Shown in pieces: positions 1 through 9,775 of a stretch of DNA of 36,692 nt (position 1 is its first letter; each line of letters opens with the position of its first letter). The notes under the pieces are model-generated. The model was not told the DNA's origin. It did not search any database and worked only from the letters and a program-made list of their open reading frames with translations. The translations under genes were made by a program, and so were the position numbers. This DNA comes from Candidatus Methylomirabilota bacterium (GTDB taxonomy: Bacteria; Methylomirabilota; Methylomirabilia; Rokubacteriales; CSP1-6), in NCBI GenBank assembly GCA_046726415.1, contig JBKPAK010000310.1, positions 1 to 36,692 on the forward strand, in the 5' to 3' direction.

Positions 1-34
1 CGGCAACCCGCTGCTGATTACCTGGAGGGCCACC

Positions 35-1012
35 ATGCGTGCGATCGTCATCGAAAAATTCGGCGGACCAGACAGCCTCGTCTACACGGAGCTGCCGGAG
101 CCAGAGCCCAAAGCCGGTCATGTCGTCATCGAAATCAAAGCCTTCGGCATCAACCACGCCGAGATGCACATGCGCCGGGGCGAGTGGGCCGAAGCCGCGA
201 AAGTGAGCGGCATCGAATGCGTCGGGCTGGTGAAAGCGTGCCCCGGCGGCGAGTTCCCCGTTGGGGCCAAAGTGGCGGCGCTGATGGGCGGCCTCGGGCG
301 CACCATCAACGGCAGCTACGCCGAATACACCCGCGCGCCCGCCTCTAACGTCGCGCTCATCGAATCGGATCTACCCTGGGCCGAGCTGGCGGCGATTCCG
401 GAGACCTACGCGACCGCGTGGACGTGTTTGTACCGCAACCTCGAGATCGCCAAGGGCCAGAGGTTGGTGATCCGGGGCGCGACCTCCTCCTTCGGCCAGG
501 CTGCGCTCAACATGGCAGTCAACACGGGAGCGCGGGTTATCGCCACCACACGCAATCGCGAACGCTTCGCCATGCTCCAGGCGCTGGGTGCAGAGCGTGT
601 GGAACTGGAGGGCCCTGACCTCTCCAAGCGGATCGCCGAGGCCAAGAAGCTCGATGCGGTGCTCGATCTCGTCGGCAACAGCACTATCCTCGATTCGCTC
701 GCGATGTTGCGCCGCGGGGGCCGCGCCTGCCTTGCGGGTTGGCTGGGCGGTCTCGCTCCGATCACCGACTTCAACCCGTTGCTGCAAATGGCGAGCGGCG
801 TCTATCTGACCTTCTTCGGCAGCTTCGTGTTCGGAACTCCCGGTTTCCCGCTGTCCGACGTGCCGCTCCAGGAGATAGCGGCACCGGTGGCGGCAGGCCG
901 CCTGAAGGCGAAGCCGTCACGCATCTTCAGCTTCGATCAGATTCGGGAGGCGCATCGCGTGATGGAAGCCAATGAGGCCAAGGGCAAGATGGTGGTCGTG
1001 CTGCATGCCTGA
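35..1012 (+). CDS. Medium-chain dehydrogenase/reductase, NADPH:quinone oxidoreductase (QOR)-like
   Basis: Intact 325-aa ORF with GGAGG RBS at 24-28. Starts MRAIVIEKFGGP, has GIECVG, GSYAEY, Rossmann GATSSFG, and C-terminal AHRVMEANEAKGKMVV. Confidence 0.92.
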   Translation: MRAIVIEKFGGPDSLVYTELPEPEPKAGHVVIEIKAFGINHAEMHMRRGEWAEAAKVSGIECVGLVKACPGGEFPVGAKVAALMGGLGRTINGSYAEYTRAPASNVALIESDLPWAELAAIPETYATAWTCLYRNLEIAKGQRLVIRGATSSFGQAALNMAVNTGARVIATTRNRERFAMLQALGAERVELEGPDLSKRIAEAKKLDAVLDLVGNSTILDSLAMLRRGGRACLAGWLGGLAPITDFNPLLQMASGVYLTFFGSFVFGTPGFPLSDVPLQEIAAPVAAGRLKAKPSRIFSFDQIREAHRVMEANEAKGKMVVVLHA

Positions 1013-1214
1013 GGCCGGGTCCGTCTAGTCCAGCTCGGTGGCGGTTGGGCGTTGAGGCGTTGGCATGCGACGTCGGGCGCGCGGTTCCGCGGTTCTCGTC
1101 GTGCTCGCGACAGCGTGTACGGGCAATGCCGCCCGGGATGCCGCCGGGAAGTGAGCCGTGAGTCCACGATCCGCAGCGACATCGTCCGGGACTACGAGGC
1201 CGTCAGCACCGCCT

Positions 1215-1530
1215 GCGGGCAAGATCCTGGCGCTGCTCGACCGCGGCGCGCCGCGGGATCTCTACGACGTGGCGTCGATGGCTGGGGGGCGGTCTCGTAT
1301 GACGCGGACCTGTTCCGTCCGCTGTTCGTCGCGCTCAGCGGCGTGCTCGACCGCGCGGTGACCGCCTATGCAGTCCCGCATCGTCGCACGCTGAGTCAGG
1401 CCGAGCTCGACGAGCAGTTGGTCCCTGTGCCGAGAGGCGGCGAGCGCCCGAACCAGGCCGCCCTGACGGCATCGATCACGCCTCTCGTGTCGAGGCTCGT
1501 GACGCTCTCCGAAGCGGAGCGGGAGGATCG
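1215..1530 (+). pseudogene. C-terminal fragment of AbiEii/AbiGii-family nucleotidyltransferase toxin
   Basis: AGKILALLDRGAPRDLYDV matches the K..A...R...RD.YD motif. Frameshifted continuation LFRPLFVALSGVLDR...LVTLSEAERE. No N-terminus. Confidence 0.65.
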
Positions 1531-2310
1531 CGCGCACCGTGGTCGTGGAAGCCACTGGATCGGAGCGGACACTGTACGCCGAGCTCTCGGACTTCCTTCG
1601 CGAAGGCTGTCGGACCGGTCGGGACATCACGCGCATGCTGGCACAGGCGGTGCAGATGGAGCTGGGCTCGAGTCCGCGGGCCGCCGCCGCGACGCTCGGG
1701 CGCCTCCTCGAGCGGACGCCGTGGCCGGCCGACATCGGCGACGCCCTGCGGCGCTTCCGCGACCAGGCCGATGATCTCGTCGCGGATTCCAAGAGCCGCG
1801 CCCTCCTGAATCTCCTCCGCGCATGGAACGACAAGCTTCTCGTCTTCACCCGGTTCCGGGCCACGCAGGAGCACGTGGCGAGCGTCCTACGCGAGACGGG
1901 CGAGAACGTGGTGACGTACCACGGAGCCCTCCGACGCGACGAGAAGGAAGCCGCTGTTCGTGCGTTCGCTGGCCCCGCGCGCATCCTCGTCTCGACCGAG
2001 GCGGGCGGAGAGGGGCGAAATTTACAGTTCGCCCATGGGCTGGTGAACTATGACCCCTGCCGTGGAACCCAATGCGGATCGAGCAACGCATTGGCCGCCT
2101 GTCCCGCGTCGGCCAAGCCCGCGAGGTCCACGTCTTCAACCTGGTGGCGCCGGGGACGATCGAGGGGACCCTCCTCGAGGTGCTCGATGCCAAGATCAAC
2201 ATGTTCGAGCTGGTGATCGGCGAGATCGAAATGATCCTGGGTCACCTGGCCACCGACAAGGACTTCGAGGAGATCGTGACGGACCTGTGGCTCGAGGCGA
2301 CCGAGGTGCA
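1530..2310 (+). pseudogene. C-terminal half of SNF2-family (YqhH-like) helicase
   Basis: KLLVFTRFRATQ, LVSTEAGGEGRNLQFA, VNYD/LPWNPMRIEQRIGRLSRVGQ. Frameshift at about 2055. N-terminal ATPase domain and C-terminus missing. Confidence 0.88.
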
Positions 2311-2323
2311 AAATGAATCGGCC

Positions 2324-3113
2324 ATGAATCGACGGGTTGCGGTCACGGCGACCGTCTGATGCGATGCTGATCGTCATCCTCGCGCTGGTCCTCCTGACGT
2401 GGACCCCCGCCGCGGCGGAGCTGGCGGTCGTCCTCAACTCGCTGGATGACGATGTGAGCCTCGTCGACACGACCACATACCAGCAAGTCAGACGATTGAA
2501 AGTCGGCAAGGAGCCGCATCACCTCATGGTCGCGCCGGACGATCGCGACCTCGTCGTAGCGAACGCGATGTCCAACGATCTCGTGGTCCTGGATCCCCGG
2601 ACCGGCGAGGTCGTGCGACGGATCCCCCGGATCAGCGATCCCTATCAGATCGGCTTCAGCCCCGACCGGCGATGGTTCGTGGCGACCTCGCTGCGCCTCG
2701 ACCGGGTGGACATCTTCGCTTCGACGGTCAGGAGCTCGCGCTGGCTGCGCGCCTCCCCGTGGGGCGGTCACCGAGCCACCTCGCCTTCTCGAGCGACAGC
2801 CGCACTGTGTACGCCACCGTGCAGGACAGCAACCAGCTCGTGGCGATCGATCTCGAGCGCCACGTGCCGCGCTGGACGGTGGCCACCGGGCGGCAGCCCG
2901 CTGGGGCATGGATGACGCCGGGCGACACCGCCTTGCTGGTCGGGCTCACGGGCTCCAATGCGGTGGTCGTGCACGATCCGTCGACCGGCAAGGAACTGAA
3001 GCGCCTTGTGACCGGCAAGGGCGCCCACAACTTCCTTGCCGTGGGAGACGGGCGACGGGTGCTCGTCAGCAACCGCGTGGGCAACACCGTCTCTGTCATC
3101 GACCAGGTCGAGC
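2324..3113 (+). pseudogene. YncE/YVTN-family secreted beta-propeller protein, frameshifted and C-terminally truncated
   Basis: Signal peptide LIVILALVLLTWTPAAA and repeated blades (VGKEPHHL, VGRSPSHL, TGRQPAG, TGKGAHNF, VSNRVGNTVSVID). Frameshift at about 2718. Confidence 0.8.
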
Positions 3114-3266
3114 TACCGAGCCGTGCTGATCCTCCGCGATGTCGAAGGTGTGTCCAACGAGGAGGCGGCCGAAGTGCTCGGGGAATCCGTGGCGTCGGTG
3201 AAGTCGCGCCTGCACCGCGCGCGCATGGCGCTCCGCGAGCAGTTGACGTGGTCCTTCGCCTCCTGA
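3112..3266 (+). pseudogene. Region-4 fragment of an ECF sigma factor
   Basis: YRAVLILRDVEGVSNEEAAEVLGESVASVKSRLHRARMALREQL* fused directly to the propeller gene. Confidence 0.85.
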
Positions 3267-3425
3267 CTCCTGTTCTGAACCCTTGAGGATCAGCGGCCCC
3301 GGCGCCTTCCCTTGACGCGCCTCGCGCATTCGGCGACGGACAGGCAAGCGAGGGAAGCGCGGGCGGCCCAAACGGTATCGGGCTAGGATCAGGGAGGCGG
3401 CGGCGATCGGCAGCCTGGAGGCGAA

Positions 3426-4277
3426 ATGGCGGAAGCCCTGGCGTTGATGGTGGTCCACGCGCACCCGGACGACGAGTCAATCAGCACTGGCGGCGTGCTG
3501 GCCCGCTACGCGGAGGAGGGCCTCCGGACGGTGCTGGTCACCTGCACCGGCGGCGAGGTCGGCGAGATAGCGGATCCGGGACTGGCGACGCCCGAGACGC
3601 TGGTCGAAGTTCGGCGGAGAGAGTTGCGGCAAGCCTGCGAGATCCTGCGCGTCGGGAGGCTCCACCTGCTGGGCTATCGAGACTCAGGGATGATGGGAAC
3701 GCCCGACAACGAGCACCCGGCCAGCTTCTACCAGGCCTCATTGGACGAGGCGACCGCCAGATTGGTGGCCCTCGTCCGGCAGGAGCGACCCCAAGTGCTG
3801 GTAACCTACGACGAGAACGGCTTCTACGGTCACCCGGACCACATCAAGGCGCACCAGATTACCGCGGCCGCGTACGAGGCGGCCGGCGATCCGGCGCGCT
3901 GGCCCGAGGCGGGTGAGCCCTGGCGGCCGGCAAAGCTGTACTACACCGCGGTGGCCCGCTCCAAGATCAAGAATTTCGGCCGACTCCTGCGCGAGGCGGG
4001 TATCGAGGCGCCGTTCGAGGGCGGCGAGGCGCGCGAACCGGATATCGGCACGCCCGACGAGCTGATCACGACGGAGGTCGACGTCTCCCCTCAGGTCGAG
4101 CGCAAGCGCCAAGCGCTCATGGCGCACGCTAGCCAGATGGGACCGGAGGTCTTCTTCGCGAAGATGCCACCGGCGCTCTTCTACCGAATCTTCGGCCGGG
4201 AGAGCTTTCAGCTCGCGCGAGGGCAGTCCGGTGCCTCAGGTCTGGAGAGCGACCTGTTCGCTGGGGTGCGCGGGTAG
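3426..4277 (+). CDS. PIG-L/LmbE family deacetylase (MshB/Mca-like)
   Basis: Intact 283 aa with GGAGG RBS. Motifs VHAHPDDES, TCTGGEVGE, GYRDSGM, YGHPDH, AHASQ. Confidence 0.92.
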   Translation: MAEALALMVVHAHPDDESISTGGVLARYAEEGLRTVLVTCTGGEVGEIADPGLATPETLVEVRRRELRQACEILRVGRLHLLGYRDSGMMGTPDNEHPASFYQASLDEATARLVALVRQERPQVLVTYDENGFYGHPDHIKAHQITAAAYEAAGDPARWPEAGEPWRPAKLYYTAVARSKIKNFGRLLREAGIEAPFEGGEAREPDIGTPDELITTEVDVSPQVERKRQALMAHASQMGPEVFFAKMPPALFYRIFGRESFQLARGQSGASGLESDLFAGVRG

Positions 4278-4297
4278 AGCCGGAAAGGCGCTTGTCC

Positions 4298-4495
4298 TTA
4301 CTTTCCGAGTTCCATCTCTCGGACTGCGAGCAGCTCCCCGGCTCCTCCAGCATAGACGGCTTTGGGGTGCGCGATCGTCTCAAGGACCTCCAGCCGTAGA
4401 CCCGCGAGCTCGGAGTGCTCCTCGGTTATGTGAGCCCAGCGCTCATCCGTGAGCTGGATGGGGATGCCGTTCCTCGAAGTGACAATCGATGCCAT
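4298..4495 (-). pseudogene. Truncated RelE-like/PBECR-type nuclease toxin-like protein
   Basis: SRNGIPIQLTDERWAHITEEHSEL...VLETIAHP...GELLAVRE resembles small BECR-fold toxins. Stops at GK* (65 aa), before the expected C-terminal strands. Confidence 0.6.
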
Positions 4496-4546
4496 TTAGT
4501 GTAGCGATCCGAAGCCCGGGCCAGTGAAACCGTCACCATCGTCTAA

Positions 4547-5065
4547 CTGATATGGAAGGACCGACCGTCAAGCGATTTCTTGCGGCGGCCTCGATCCCTC
4601 GGTCGATGTTGATATCCGAGGATTCCCCGGGTTGGCAGGGACGATTTCCCGAACGCGCCGGCGCCTCGCTGACCAGGGGCGGCTTCGACGACGAATCAGA
4701 CTGATATGCGCGGATTGCCGTAGAGGGTAGAGCCGCATGACACTGCTTCGTCGGGAGCTGCCTCCGTCAAACGGCGCGAGTCGTTCCAATCCTATGACTG
4801 GGCGTCGCATAGTTGACGCGAGGACTCTCCAATCGTGCCCGCAGCGCGCCAGCGCCGACATCGTTCGGGAATCTTGTCGTCAACCCGTTAGCCGGCGATA
4901 GAGATCGTAGCCGGATACGCCCGCCTCGTAGCAGGCCTTGACCGGCCCCTCGCGCAGCAGTCGCGTGAACAGGCGTCGAAGGTGCTGGGGGTCGTTCGGG
5001 ATCTCCCGCAGCTCCGGCTCCGTGTTCGGGCCGCGGAGGATGCCTGTCACGATCCGTCGCTTGCT
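4547..5065 (-). mobile_element. IS110-family insertion sequence remnant: short RuvC-domain fragment plus long 3' non-coding end
   Basis: About 5060-4885 encodes IVTGILRG...EIPNDPQHLRRLFTRLLREGPVKACYEAGVSGYDLYRRLT (IS110 YEAG motif). About 330 bp of non-coding DNA follows, ending CTTGACGGTCGGTCCTTCCATATCAG with an outward-facing TTGAC -35. Confidence 0.8.
4685..4835 (-). ncRNA. Putative IS110 bridge RNA/seekRNA-like structured RNA
   Basis: Hairpin 1 closed by GGAGAGTCCTC (4830-4820) / GAGGCAGCTCCC (4764-4753). Hairpin 2 closed by CGACGAA (4753-4747) / TTCGTCG (4695-4689), with inner GCGG/CCGC stem and an internal loop containing CATATCAGT, identical to the IS end at 4554-4546. Confidence 0.6.
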
Positions 5066-5182
5066 GAAAGATCGCGGTTGTCGCCACCAGCACCAGAAAC
5101 CGCCATGGCGCACGGACCCGAAGGGAGTGTCGGGCCGCGACGTCCCCGAAGATCGGCGTATCGGAAGAGCGCAGCTTGACGG

Positions 5183-5540
5183 GTAACCGCTCAGGTCTCG
5201 GGCTTTGCGGCGTGGCCGAAAATATATGGGGTGTTGGGGAGTTGTGCCGTACATGTAGGGGCGTGATACCGCCGCTGATGAACCTACACCCCAAGACGTT
5301 GGAGGAGGTGCTGGTCGTCATCGAGCTGCTGCTGCAGATCATCGCCGAGCAACAGGCGCGGATATTGGCCTTGGAGGCGCGGGTAAGCCGAACTGGACGC
5401 GGGTCTCGGGCAGAACTCGCAAGACTCCTGGCGGCCACCCTCCGCGACCTGCCCACGGTGGCCCGCGCGCGCCAGCCGCTGTCGGGACGCCGGGCCGGCG
5501 GGCAACGCGGGCCGGAACGCCATCAGGGGACGCTGATGTT
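5183..5540 (+). mobile_element. IS66-family remnant: left terminal repeat and N-terminus of transposase (DUF6444-like)
   Basis: Starts GTAACCGCTCAGG (IS66-type GTAA terminus). Coiled coil [15 protein letters not shown], then frame-shifted [16 protein letters not shown] and [10 protein letters not shown], like the NS.NSS.PPS.D / GGQ.GH motifs. No right end found. Confidence 0.72.
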
Positions 5541-5649
5541 GGAGGACCATCGTGCCCAGGAAGCCGCGCCGCCGCCGACGGCGTCGCGGGCGATTGGTTT
5601 GGGGGATGGTCGGTCTGTGGAGCCACTACATACCCAAGGTGACCACGCG

Positions 5650-6753
5650 ATGACGAACGCAGTCCGGCGCCGAACCGGTCTCCTTACAGCGTGGATCGGC
5701 CTGTTGGTCGGAGCCGCAAGCCTCGCCGGCTGCATGAGCTTCGGATCGCTGACGCTCGATCGCGATCGGCTCGACTTCACCACCGCGGTGGCCAATTCCT
5801 GGAAGCATCAGATGCTCCTCAACATCATCAAGCTGCGCTATGCCGACACGCCGTTATTCGTGGATGTCGGGCAGATCGTCAGCGGCTACCAGCTGCAGGG
5901 CACCGTCGCCGTCGCCGGGACCGTCGTCCCCAGCGGCCCTCCCCCCAGTTTTTTCAATCTGGGCGCTGGAGGAACGTACACGGATCGGCCCACCATCACC
6001 TACGTGCCGCTGACCGGGTCGGGCTTCATCCGGACCATGATGACTCCCATTCCGCCGATCCGGTTGATGGAGCTGCTCGAGGCCGGCTACCGGGCGGACC
6101 TCCTGATTCCCGTCCTAGTGCAGAGCATCAATGGTCTCGCGAATAGCAGAGGTGGGGGACGGGGGAAGGCCGCGGACCCGGACTTCGTGCGGTTGGTTAA
6201 GTCCCTCTGGCGAATCCAGGAGTCCGGGGCGGTGGGGTTCCGGGTCGAGGTGGACAAGGAGACGAAGCGGGAGGGGGTCATAATGGCCTTCCCCAAGAAG
6301 GGCATTCCGCCGGAGATTCAGGCCGAGCGGGAGGTGCTCAGGAGGCTCCTAGGGCTGAACCCGGAGCTGACCGAGTTCCGGGTCACCCACGGAACGGGAA
6401 CAGACCGCGATGACGTGATCGCCATCCAGACCCGCTCCGGGTTTCAGATTCTCAACGAGATGGCGGCCTTCGTGAGCGTTCCGGAGGATCAAGTGCGCGA
6501 CGGTCTCGCCTTTCCGCCTCCGCCGCGGCCGGAGGACGGCCCGGACACCCTGCCGCCCCTCATGCGAATATCAAGCGGCGCGTCCCGGCCCGACAATGTG
6601 TTCACCGCGGTGCGCTACGGCGATCTGTGGTACTGGATCGACAACCGCGATCTCAAGTCAAAAGGGGTCTTCACGTTCCTCCTGATCATCATGACGCTGG
6701 CGGATACCGGTGAGAAGGCCCCGCCCCCCGTTTTGACGATCCCGGCTAACTGA
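5650..6753 (+). CDS. Conserved hypothetical lipoprotein (367 aa)
   Basis: ATG 5650 with basic N-region, hydrophobic stretch and lipobox LAGC. Conserved-looking blocks [47 protein letters not shown]. Confidence 0.85.
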   Translation: MTNAVRRRTGLLTAWIGLLVGAASLAGCMSFGSLTLDRDRLDFTTAVANSWKHQMLLNIIKLRYADTPLFVDVGQIVSGYQLQGTVAVAGTVVPSGPPPSFFNLGAGGTYTDRPTITYVPLTGSGFIRTMMTPIPPIRLMELLEAGYRADLLIPVLVQSINGLANSRGGGRGKAADPDFVRLVKSLWRIQESGAVGFRVEVDKETKREGVIMAFPKKGIPPEIQAEREVLRRLLGLNPELTEFRVTHGTGTDRDDVIAIQTRSGFQILNEMAAFVSVPEDQVRDGLAFPPPPRPEDGPDTLPPLMRISSGASRPDNVFTAVRYGDLWYWIDNRDLKSKGVFTFLLIIMTLADTGEKAPPPVLTIPAN

Positions 6754-6759
6754 GCACCG

Positions 6760-7085
6760 GTGGCACCTCGACTTCGGCCTCGACGACCAGGGAACGTTGA
6801 TGCACCACCAGCTCCGCAAGGATGAGCAGGGCAGTGCCACCAGGAACCGCACATGGACCTCGATGTCCAGCAGGAAGGGTACCCTGACCACGGCGCCGCC
6901 AACGCGCCCGCCCCAGACCTACAGGATCAGCAGCGGCAGCCAGTCGAACAGCGAGACGAGGACGATCCGGCAGCGCAAGAGCTCCAGCGCGTCGCCGGAC
7001 AGGTGGGCCTGCCGGATGATCTGGTACAGCGGTCCGCCCACGACCACGGAGAAGTTGATCGATCCTGCGGCACCCTCTCACGTCC
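6760..7085 (-). pseudogene. N-terminal fragment of conserved hypothetical membrane protein
   Basis: NFSVVVGGPLYQIIRQAHLSGDALELLRCRIVLVSLFDWLPLLIL* ...VPFLLDIEVHVRFLVALP/LLILAELVVHQR. In-frame TAG at 6921-6919, frameshift and truncation. Confidence 0.65.
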
Positions 7086-7143
7086 TGCCGCTGCCCTGCC
7101 CGCTCCGCTAACTACCGCCGCATACCGCATGGGTCACGCCGCT

Positions 7144-7540
7144 CTAGGGCACGAACGTCACGCTGTCGAAGGCGGATGCCACGATGTCGCCGGCGGCGAT
7201 CTCCCCGTCAGCCGCCGCGTTGGCATGCGTCCCGAAGATCTCGACGGTGTACGGGCCCGGTGGGGCACCGGCCGGCCACCACGAGGCTCAGGAAGTCCGG
7301 AATGGTGACGTTCAGCCCAGCCGGGCTCGCGAGGTTCTCAAAATGTAGGCGGAGAACGTGTTGGCCGGGGCCGACGCGCACGCCAGCACGGTCGTGGCGC
7401 CGCCGTCGAGGATGAAGGCGGTGGCGTCCTCGTCAGGGCAGCCAAACGCAGGCCCCGCAGCCGGCGGGAGGAAGGCCCGCACGTACACGCCGACCGCCAC
7501 CGCTGGCCCAGGGTCACCGCCGTGACACGGACCTGCACCA
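7144..7540 (-). pseudogene. Frameshifted C-terminal fragment of an unknown protein
   Basis: Protein-like pieces ending PGPYTVEIFGTHANAAADGEIAAGDIVASAFDSVTFVP*. Family not recognised. Confidence 0.3.
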
Positions 7541-7785
7541 CCTCGCCCGATTACACGACCTCTCGGCTCAGCGCTAGGGCAACTGAGAGCGGGGCCAGGC
7601 TCGACTCACAGAGCCGCTTCGGCGAGGCACCGTTGCGATGAAGTCGTGCGTGTACGAGGCACCGAACGTCCGCGAGGTCTGGAGCGGTCAGCTACCAGAC
7701 TAGGGCGCGCGAGGAGTTATAGATCAACCAACTGGCCGGCGGACGAGGTTTTCGCGACGGGCAGGCCGAGCGGGGTCCTCGACGA

Positions 7786-9009
7786 TCAGGGGCTCATGGT
7801 GGTATCGAACCGGGGAGGGGTCTTCCTCCAAGCGTAGCCATCCCGGCCCTGACGGAACCCGTAGTCGAACAGCGCCCTCATGTACTGGGTGTCGAACTCC
7901 TGCGGGTGCTCCGCGTCGAAGTCGTCGTCGATGAAGGCCAGGTTGAAGTCGTGCCCGTCGCGTTGCGCCGTGCCGTAGATGCGGTAGAGATCCCCGAACC
8001 CTTGAGTGTGAATGAGCGATCTGATCGCCGGGCCGGCGATGCTGATGGTCCGCCGCTTGACGGGCGCCCACGAAGCGCGCACCTGGGAATTGCGGATGAT
8101 ATAGACGCGAAACTTGCGGGTCATCTCCTCCCCCAGGGAGGCCGCCACGCCGCGCATGCTTGGCGGGTAGAGGAAGATCTGCGTGGAGGCTCCGCCATCC
8201 ACGTGCATTTCTTCATAGGTCTGGCCATCCGCCTCGACGCGGATCATGGCCGGGGGTAACGCCCCGGGGATCGCGGCCGAGGCCAGGAGGATGGTGCGGA
8301 ACAGGTCGAGTGCCCCAGGGGCGTTGCTGGTCGCGATCTTTCCCATGTTCCAGACCACCGGCTGGCGTGCGTCGAGGTTCGTCGTCCCCACCAGGAGGAT
8401 GCGTCCCTTGGCATGCTCCTCCGCGATCTTCTTGAGCAGACCCTCGTCGGCGTGCCGCGAGATCTGTTCCCACAGCGGCCGGTTGTCGGCCATCGCATCG
8501 TTGTTGATCGCCGCCAGCAGGCTTCGCTTACGTGCAACGTCGGACGGACCCACCGACGTGAAGACGATGCGCAGCACGTGATCGTACTCGGGGCCGGCGA
8601 ACGCGAAGGGCGCGATCAGAGCCCCGGTGCTGACCCCCGTGACCGCCTTGAACTGAGGGCGGTTCCCCGATTCGCTCCAGCCGCAGAGCAGCCCCGCGCC
8701 GAACGCACCGTTATCGCCTCCGCCCGACACCCCGAGCAGCGCGACGGCGGCTAGCTCTCCCTCAAGCCCCGAGCTTGCCCGGTATTTCGCTTCACGCTCC
8801 CGGGCCTCAAGCACGTCGCGTACGAACGGCTCGATGTCGATGCCCACCCAGTACCTGACGCGCGGGATCCCGGAAACCTCGGCACGGGTCGTGAGCTCCT
8901 CGGGCACCGCCGGAAGCCGCGAGGGCCCCCGCAGCCCGCGAGCCACAAAGACCCCCACCGAGACAGCGCCGATGGCCGCGACACCCAATGCCACGGTCCT
9001 TCTCCCCAT
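7786..9009 (-). CDS. Patatin-like phospholipase family protein
   Basis: AAGGAG RBS before ATG 9009 and an N-terminal hydrophobic anchor. SGGGDNGAFGAG, GVSTG (nucleophile Ser), HVDGG. Confidence 0.93.
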   Translation of the reverse strand: MGRRTVALGVAAIGAVSVGVFVARGLRGPSRLPAVPEELTTRAEVSGIPRVRYWVGIDIEPFVRDVLEAREREAKYRASSGLEGELAAVALLGVSGGGDNGAFGAGLLCGWSESGNRPQFKAVTGVSTGALIAPFAFAGPEYDHVLRIVFTSVGPSDVARKRSLLAAINNDAMADNRPLWEQISRHADEGLLKKIAEEHAKGRILLVGTTNLDARQPVVWNMGKIATSNAPGALDLFRTILLASAAIPGALPPAMIRVEADGQTYEEMHVDGGASTQIFLYPPSMRGVAASLGEEMTRKFRVYIIRNSQVRASWAPVKRRTISIAGPAIRSLIHTQGFGDLYRIYGTAQRDGHDFNLAFIDDDFDAEHPQEFDTQYMRALFDYGFRQGRDGYAWRKTPPRFDTTMSP

Positions 9010-9109
9010 GGCTGCTCCTTGTCCGCGACCGGCCCCATGAGTCCAATGAGAGGATAGAGCACGCAAGGGTGTCGCGGGTGAACTCCCTTGTCAAGAGCCC
9101 GTCGACTGG

Positions 9110-9655
9110 GCTGTCACCGCTTCGACGCGCACCAGGTTCTCCTCCACCGCCGCCGCCACCGCGGCCGTCGACAAGTCCAGGCCGGCTACACTGGCGGCTT
9201 CCAGCACGCTTCGCTCCAGGGGAGCCAGGCGATCGTGCTCGCGCTCGATGAGCCCGACGACGTTTTCCGGCGCCTCGACCGCGACCTCGTCCAAGTCCAC
9301 GGTCAATTCCCAGCGTCCGCCGTTCTGACTGATCAGGCCGTTCTTCACCAAATGCATCGACCATGTTTGACCATGAACAATGGGTTGCCCTCCGTGCGCC
9401 GGTGAATCAGCGGCGCCAGTCCCAGCGGGAAGCGATGGTCCGGAAACCGTGCGTCGAGATACTCGCCCACGGCAGCGGCAGCGAGATACGCGAGCGACCG
9501 CTCCTCGCACTGGGCATGCAGGAGCAAGTCCTGCTTGACTCCTCCCAGCGGGTGCCCACCGACCAGGACATCCCCCGGACGATACGTGCCCAGGACGAGC
9601 AGTCGCGCAGGACCCGATCTCCGGCCAGGTAGGCAATCAAGTCGAGTGTCGAAGA
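9110..9655 (-). pseudogene. Internal fragment of AAA_16/STAND-type ATPase regulator
   Basis: STLDLIAYLA...LLVLGTYRPGDV...LIHRRTEGNPLFMV...LERSVLEAASVAG across frameshifts. Both ends missing. Confidence 0.8.
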
Positions 9656-9775
9656 TGATTTGGAAAAGTTTGGTGACGCTTGGACAAGTAGGCGATCCCG
9701 CACTTGTCTGACGTCATCCCCGGGGTGGGTGGTTGACGACGGCTCGGTCCTAGCGCACACTCGGGAAGAAAGCGC

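Noticed and set aside
5176..6753. 525-aa ORF as one gene
   Set aside because: The 5' part is IS66 debris. The lipoprotein signal peptide starts at 5650.
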